Below, in pieces: positions 37,556 to 43,213 of a DNA stretch of 43,213 nucleotides. The DNA is from Octopus bimaculoides. Taxonomy: Eukaryota. How positions within the stretch are numbered: the stretch's first letter is position 1; every line of letters starts with the position of its first letter. The translations under genes were made by a program, and so were the position numbers. The stretch is taken from positions 80,432,633-80,475,845 of the forward strand of contig NC_068983.1 of NCBI RefSeq assembly GCF_001194135.2, given 5' to 3'. Below the pieces are notes generated by a model. The model was not told the DNA's origin. It made no database searches and saw nothing but the letters and a program-made list of their open reading frames with translations.

Positions 37556-40500
37556 AAAAACAAAGGATTAACAAAATTTACATTCCTAAAGCAATCTTTT
37601 CATTTCAAGATGGAAATTATTTCAAGGATGATCAGTTGCTAACATTCTACAAGGCACAAGTATGATTCAGATTAGAGTACTGCTCAGATATATGGGGAAG
37701 GTGCTACTGTGACACACTCAAACTTAAAACCCTTGCTACCAAAATAAAATTAAAAAACAAAACAAGACAAAATATTTTGCTGATTAGAAAAACTCATCAA
37801 CTTTCTGACATGATAATTCTTCTCTCTGACATATCTATCTCTTAATACTAATCACTCCTATCTTGTCTCATCTCCTGCTTACCACATTAAGCATTTTCCT
37901 CAGTCTATTCTTCCTAGAAATGCATCCTACTTTTTCTCTCCATACTGTTTATTTCAAATCAATTTTGACTGATCAGACCTATAATGAAAGACATTTCAGC
38001 TGTGATCTTCCTGTCTTTTTATATAATATAATATATGATATAATGTCTCTCCTTTGTAATGATGGTGAGGTGTACTTTGAAGGAGATTTGGCTGTTGTCT
38101 CTTGCAGATCAATCAACTGCATTAAGTCATTCCTTGATGACTTAACATAAGTGACTGGAATATCAGTGCTCAGACTACTGAGATCTATGAAGTTCTTCAA
38201 TTTGATTATTTGTAAGTTGATGCTTGTAGAAAAATAATTTGTATCCATGTCTATTTTTTCTATAAGTATCAGCCTTCAAAACAAACTTCAATTGGAATAT
38301 CTGTTGTAGGAGTGAAGAATCTAAGAATCTGGGGATAAATTGTGAGTGTATAAGAGCCTGTTTTGGTCTTAAAGCTTAAGGGCTTTAGAAACTTTGTTAG
38401 TGGATAGATTTATATTTGAGATAATTCATGTGACTATATACTCTTTTTACAGAATTTATATGGTTTATCAGAGGAATTTTTCTAAAATTGAGATTTATAA
38501 CAACAAATATTTAAATTCATGAAAGTAATTTCTGTTTTAAATCTTCATTACATGTCAAATTTTTTTTTCACTACATTACTTATAAAAAAAACTGATTAGT
38601 TAATTTCAAAATTTACAAGAATTCATTTATATTCTGTTAATTTATGCTTTCAGAGTCCTTGATTATTAATTTTCTATAGAATACTAACAATATCCTATTC
38701 ACAGTGGATGTTAGAAAGGCTTAATATTTTAATTTGCATATTTTATTTATTAACTTCCCTAAAATAAAATAAAAAATATATGTATATATAAAAAAATTAT
38801 ATTTTGGAGAAGACACATATTTTTAGGAATATTTTATTAATTCACAACTTTATGAAGGTTTTCATCATTTTAGAAAACTAATGATCAATTTATTTTCAAA
38901 TAGAGGGTTTAATGCATTATTGATGCTATTTCAAAACCTTTTCTGAGTAATCATGTACTATTTTTTCTTAATATCTTTATATGTATGATCTGTTCTCATT
39001 TTAATAGTTTATTTTTCAACATGATTTCTCATTTTACTACACATAATTTCCTTTGATCCATTCCTTTACATTCTACTCTTTATAACTAGAATGGTTGTCA
39101 TAGAGCTTCATTTAAGTTCTTTTATTTTTATAATCATCAAAGAATTCTTTAATTTTAGATAAAATAAACAAAATAAAATCCTTTTTTAATTTCAGATTTA
39201 AAATTTACAGTGCTGGTTTTTCTTGATATTTTTTATTGAGAAAATTCATTATAAGTAGATTTGTTCTTTTCTTGACTCAGCTTTACTTGATGAAGTGTTC
39301 AGTTTATTTAGGAAGTATTTAAAACATAAAGAATATTTTGGTAAACCTCCTATTGACACAAAAAATAGACATAATTAATTATAAAAATGGGAAATCATGT
39401 GCAGGTAGCATTAATTTAAATTATGTTATGTAATAATATATACACTAACCCAAATATATACGACAGCTATTTAACATAGATGTTATTGTACAGCATAGAT
39501 ATTATAGTAAAACATTATAAGAAAAGTATTTTCAGTACATATAATTCTTGAGAAATTTCAATATTTTAAACTTTTCTTCCATTCTTACAAATCTCTTAAA
39601 ATAATTTTTCTAATTTTTTAGAAATCTGAATTGAGATACACATAATGAGAGAGATGTCAATATGATGTATTTTTAAAGCGCTTATAGATATGTCTATACA
39701 CTACTTTTTAGAAATATACTTATTTCATATGACCTATAGAATTATACGATGACAGTCTTACTATCATTCTCATGTGTGTATTTCTCACTTCTTTTCTCAA
39801 TCAGTTTCATCTAACACTCATTGCTTTATCAAATAATTAGTGTCTTTTAAGTCATTAGTTACTTGTGACATCACTTACTTTATTTGTAATGTTAATAAAA
39901 AGTCTAAAACAAAAAAAAGGCATAAATGTTACAAAACCTCATCACCTCTTCCTATAAATTACAAGCCTCAGTCCTAAATAATTTGTAAAAAAAATTTATT
40001 TTCATATTGTATACATGTGTTAATCTTGGTATCTTTCATGGCTAGTCACTTTCTTATTACCTTTAACAGTTAAGTCACAAAATACCTTCAAGCCCCAGCA
40101 TTAATTTTTCATTTGAGTTTATTTTTTACTTGAGTCTATTTTAATGTTTTATATTTTTACATCATAATCATTAGATATATTTATTATATTAAAAGGATTG
40201 ATTCAGTACCAGTTTTCTCTAGTTACCTCTACATTGTTGACACAGTCTGCATAGAAGTAGTGCTGTCATTCTATGATAAATATATACAATTTTGTGTATT
40301 TACTTAGTTGCTTAATCACTAATACTCTAGCAGCTAAAATGGCATTATACTGTTGCTGAAAATCTCAAATGATGATGAAACATAGAGTTATTTACCATCT
40401 TTACCTGGGGAAAAAATATTAATTACCTACTAAATTGATATTATGTTTTTCATTGCATATTTAGTCTAACTTTAGCATTTTAATATTCCAAGCAATAAAA

Positions 40501-40556
40501 TTGCTTTCATGTACATAACTAAATGGACCAAATTAAGTTCTTGGTTATACTGCATG

Positions 40557-40697
40557 TGCAGGCATTTTGTGTGCTTAAAAAGCTTTCTTCATATTCATGT
40601 GGTTTCAGGTTCAGTTCCACAGCTTGACACTTTGAGCAAGTGTATTATCATAACCTGTGAAATTGGATTGATGAAAATGTGCAGAAGCTTGTGAGAC
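40557..40697 (+). mobile_element. Highly degraded SINE head A
   Basis: gcaggcattttgtgtgcttaaaagctt...gtggtttcaggttcagttccacagcttgacactttgagcaagtgt. Confidence 0.55.
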
Positions 40698-42070
40698 TGC
40701 CTGATCCTGAGTGACAGAGCCAATCCAGTACTTAGTTTAACACTGTGTGCCTGTAGCAGAGTCTGCCTTGCAGCAATCATTTGGACCAGGCCTACAACCT
40801 GAGAATAACTTGATATCTAAGCTCTACTTCCTACTGGAGTAACCTATAAGGAATGTTTTTTTACTCTTTGTTCTCACTTTCAATAAGCCCTGCAAAGATC
40901 CTGGGCACTGATTTTTCAACCTCTAAACTTGGAAAATAATGTGTATGCAAATGAAGCAGCGATTAACCTGAGTTAAATTAAACTTTTTCTTCCATGCCAT
41001 AGACTTTTGCAATTCTATAATTTACACTGGTTATTTGAAAAAAAACAGAAAAAAAAAAGAAATAGATAAAAACAAAAACAAATCCCTCTATATACAAGTA
41101 TTTCTGCAAGATTGAATCTACTAAGAAATTTGTTTAAGTACCTAAAGAATTATTGTTAATATACTTTAAATATTTTATCAATTTTTGCATTGATATTCAT
41201 TTCAAAATAAAATAATGGAATAATGTTGTTATAAAGAAATAATTAGAAAGCAATCTTTTGTCATTTTGTGCTACTACTTACAGAAAACATGGTGATGAAA
41301 TGCACATTATATATTCCAAATATGTCTTTGGACTTTAGTACACGTGTGTGTGAGTGTGTGTGTATACACACTGAAGTCCCAAGATTTTATACCCTCACAT
41401 CTTCTGTCTAAAACTGCATTATATACTTTAATCATGCAATTATTTCTTTTTAAAGAAATAATTGAATTCTTAATGAACAAGTGTAATGATAAGAATATCA
41501 AATCTACCAACATACAGCAGGTTTGAATGGTTTAGTTTTAAGCTATGCATTTATAACATGGTTAGATTAAAACTGATCTTCTTGCACTATTGAAAAGATT
41601 AACTGATTTAAGAATTAGTCTCTCAGGCTCCATTCAGAGAATACATTGAACTGCTTGTAGTTCTATTTAATGTCTGCTTAACAAGATTGTATTGAAAGTT
41701 ATTATTTAAAAGAAAACTGTATACTATTGAAAACATTGAGAGATTTTAAAACATTTGGCTATATTCATTCTAAATTCTTTACAATTCATCACCAAGTGTA
41801 AAAACTTCTCCAATAACACAAACCCTATAAGGTAACTGGCCCTGATACTGTTTCTTGAATTTCTTTCAAATAGTGCATTCCAGAACTAGTTTCTTTTCTC
41901 ACCAAATTCTTCAGTCTTCTCCCAGAAGGCGTGTTTCAGTTTTTGGAAACATGCAATAGTAGATTCCCTTCCTAATAAGTGCAACTTCCTTGTTCCTGCT
42001 ATATACTGATCAATTGTCCTATTTTTTAACAGTGCATATATGTATGTATGTATGTATGCACGTCTCGTGT

Positions 42071-42219
42071 GGGTGGCACGTAAAAGCACCCACTACACTC
42101 TCAGAGTGGTTGGCATTAGGAAGGGCATCCAGCTGTTGAAACTCTGCCAAATCAGATTGGAGCCTGGTGTAGCCATCCGGTTTCACCAGTCCTCAGTCAA
42201 ATCGTCCAACCCATGCTAC

Positions 42220-42258
<39 letters not shown>
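42071..42258 (+). mobile_element. 5'-truncated RTE 3' end with (GAT)13 tail
   Basis: Matches 10330-10490. (GAT)13 at 42220-42258. Confidence 0.9.
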
Positions 42259-42259
<1 letters not shown>

Positions 42260-42727
42260 TGTGTGTGTGTGTGTGTGCGTGTGTGTATATATATAATAAC
42301 AACAAATGGATTGTAGTTCACCACACCTGTTTGGACATTTTTTTGTTTATGAACAGAAGTGTTACATCATGCAAAAAAACTATTTTCATCATGTGAATAC
42401 AGGTAAGAATTAACAATTAGAACTTCTCAAGAAAAGGACATAGTGCCAGATGACTCGATCGTTTCAAATTCAGTCAGAAAGTTAAGATATCTGGTGGAGT
42501 ATGATATGGCCTAGCCACTCATATAGTCAGTCAGGTTATATAGGAAGGCATCATCCCCAATGATTCGTGTACTACTCCATTTATATTCACCTTGTACCTT
42601 GAGGGCATGACCTTTCACATCACCACCATCTCTCTTTCTCTCTCCCCACCACTCTCTCTCTGACTGGGATAACTAACTATGTATCTCCTCTACAGCAAGA
42701 CACTTGTTTCTGTTTATCATAATTTGC

Positions 42728-42807
42728 AGTCCTCAGACTTGGCAACCACTGCCAAACCAGCCAACTCATGCCAGCATGGAAGATGTACATGAAATGATGA
42801 TGATGAT
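42728..42807 (+). mobile_element. Short RTE-type tail fragment
   Basis: agtcctcag...ccaactcatgccagcatggaagatgtacatgaaatgatgatgatgat. Confidence 0.75.
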
Positions 42808-42860
42808 ATACATGTGTGTGTGTGTGTTTTATATATATATATATATCCTCTCTCATCCTT

Positions 42861-43099
42861 TTAAAGCCTAGCCAGGCCCATCAGCCCGATTTCCTGGTTT
42901 CTATGGTGTATGCGTTCCCCAGCTGGATGGGACACCAGTCCATCGCAGCATTACTCATTTTTGTCACCTGAGTGGACTGGGGCAACTTGAAATGAAGTGC
43001 TTTGCTCAAGAACACAATGCGTTGCCCGGTCCAGGAATCGAAACCACACTCTTGCAATCATGATACTGACACCCTAACCACTAAGCCATGCACCTCCAC
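42861..43099 (-). mobile_element. tRNA-headed CORE-like SINE
   Basis: Reverse complement reads ggaggtgcatggcttagtggttagggtg...ggtttcgattcctggaccggg (A and B boxes), ttcttgagcaaagcacttcatttc, ctgcgatggactggtgtcccatccag. Confidence 0.85.
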
Positions 43100-43165
43100 T
43101 TTATATATATATATATATATATATATACATACACACATACATATATATTATGTATGTATGTATAT

Positions 43166-43213
43166 AGGTGCAGGCATAGCTGTGTGGTAATAAGCTTGCT
43201 TCCCAATCACATG
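43166..43213 (+). mobile_element. SINE head A, cut by the window end
   Basis: aggtgcaggcatagctgtgtggtaataagcttgcttcccaatcacatg. Confidence 0.8.

Noticed and set aside
40700-40860. GC-richer island, possibly a LINE 5' fragment
   Set aside because: No diagnostic motif or second copy in the window.

Overview
Very AT-rich, microsatellite-dense eukaryotic intronic/intergenic DNA with four assembly gaps. I infer a cephalopod (octopus-like) genome from the tRNA-derived SINE families, RTE tails and (TA)/(TG)/(GAT) repeats; this is not database-verified. No intact gene is visible, and almost every ORF in the track is an N-gap, microsatellite or TE artefact. Recognisable content: a decayed full-length D,D34D mariner (107-1337); a 5'-truncated RTE LINE (8564-10513) with a PHD-like Cys/His insert in its RT region; RTE and CR1 remnants; and about 20 SINE or LINE-tail copies that swap heads and tails and nest in each other. 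Structures not explained by those: a minimal type I hammerhead-ribozyme-like motif (13661-13700, core imperfect at C3) inside a 49-bp direct-repeat-bounded unit, three long fold-back/TIR elements (4212-4392, 10860-11330, 28133-28497), a perfect 18-bp palindrome, and a few weak plus-strand exon candidates (best 24741-24834).
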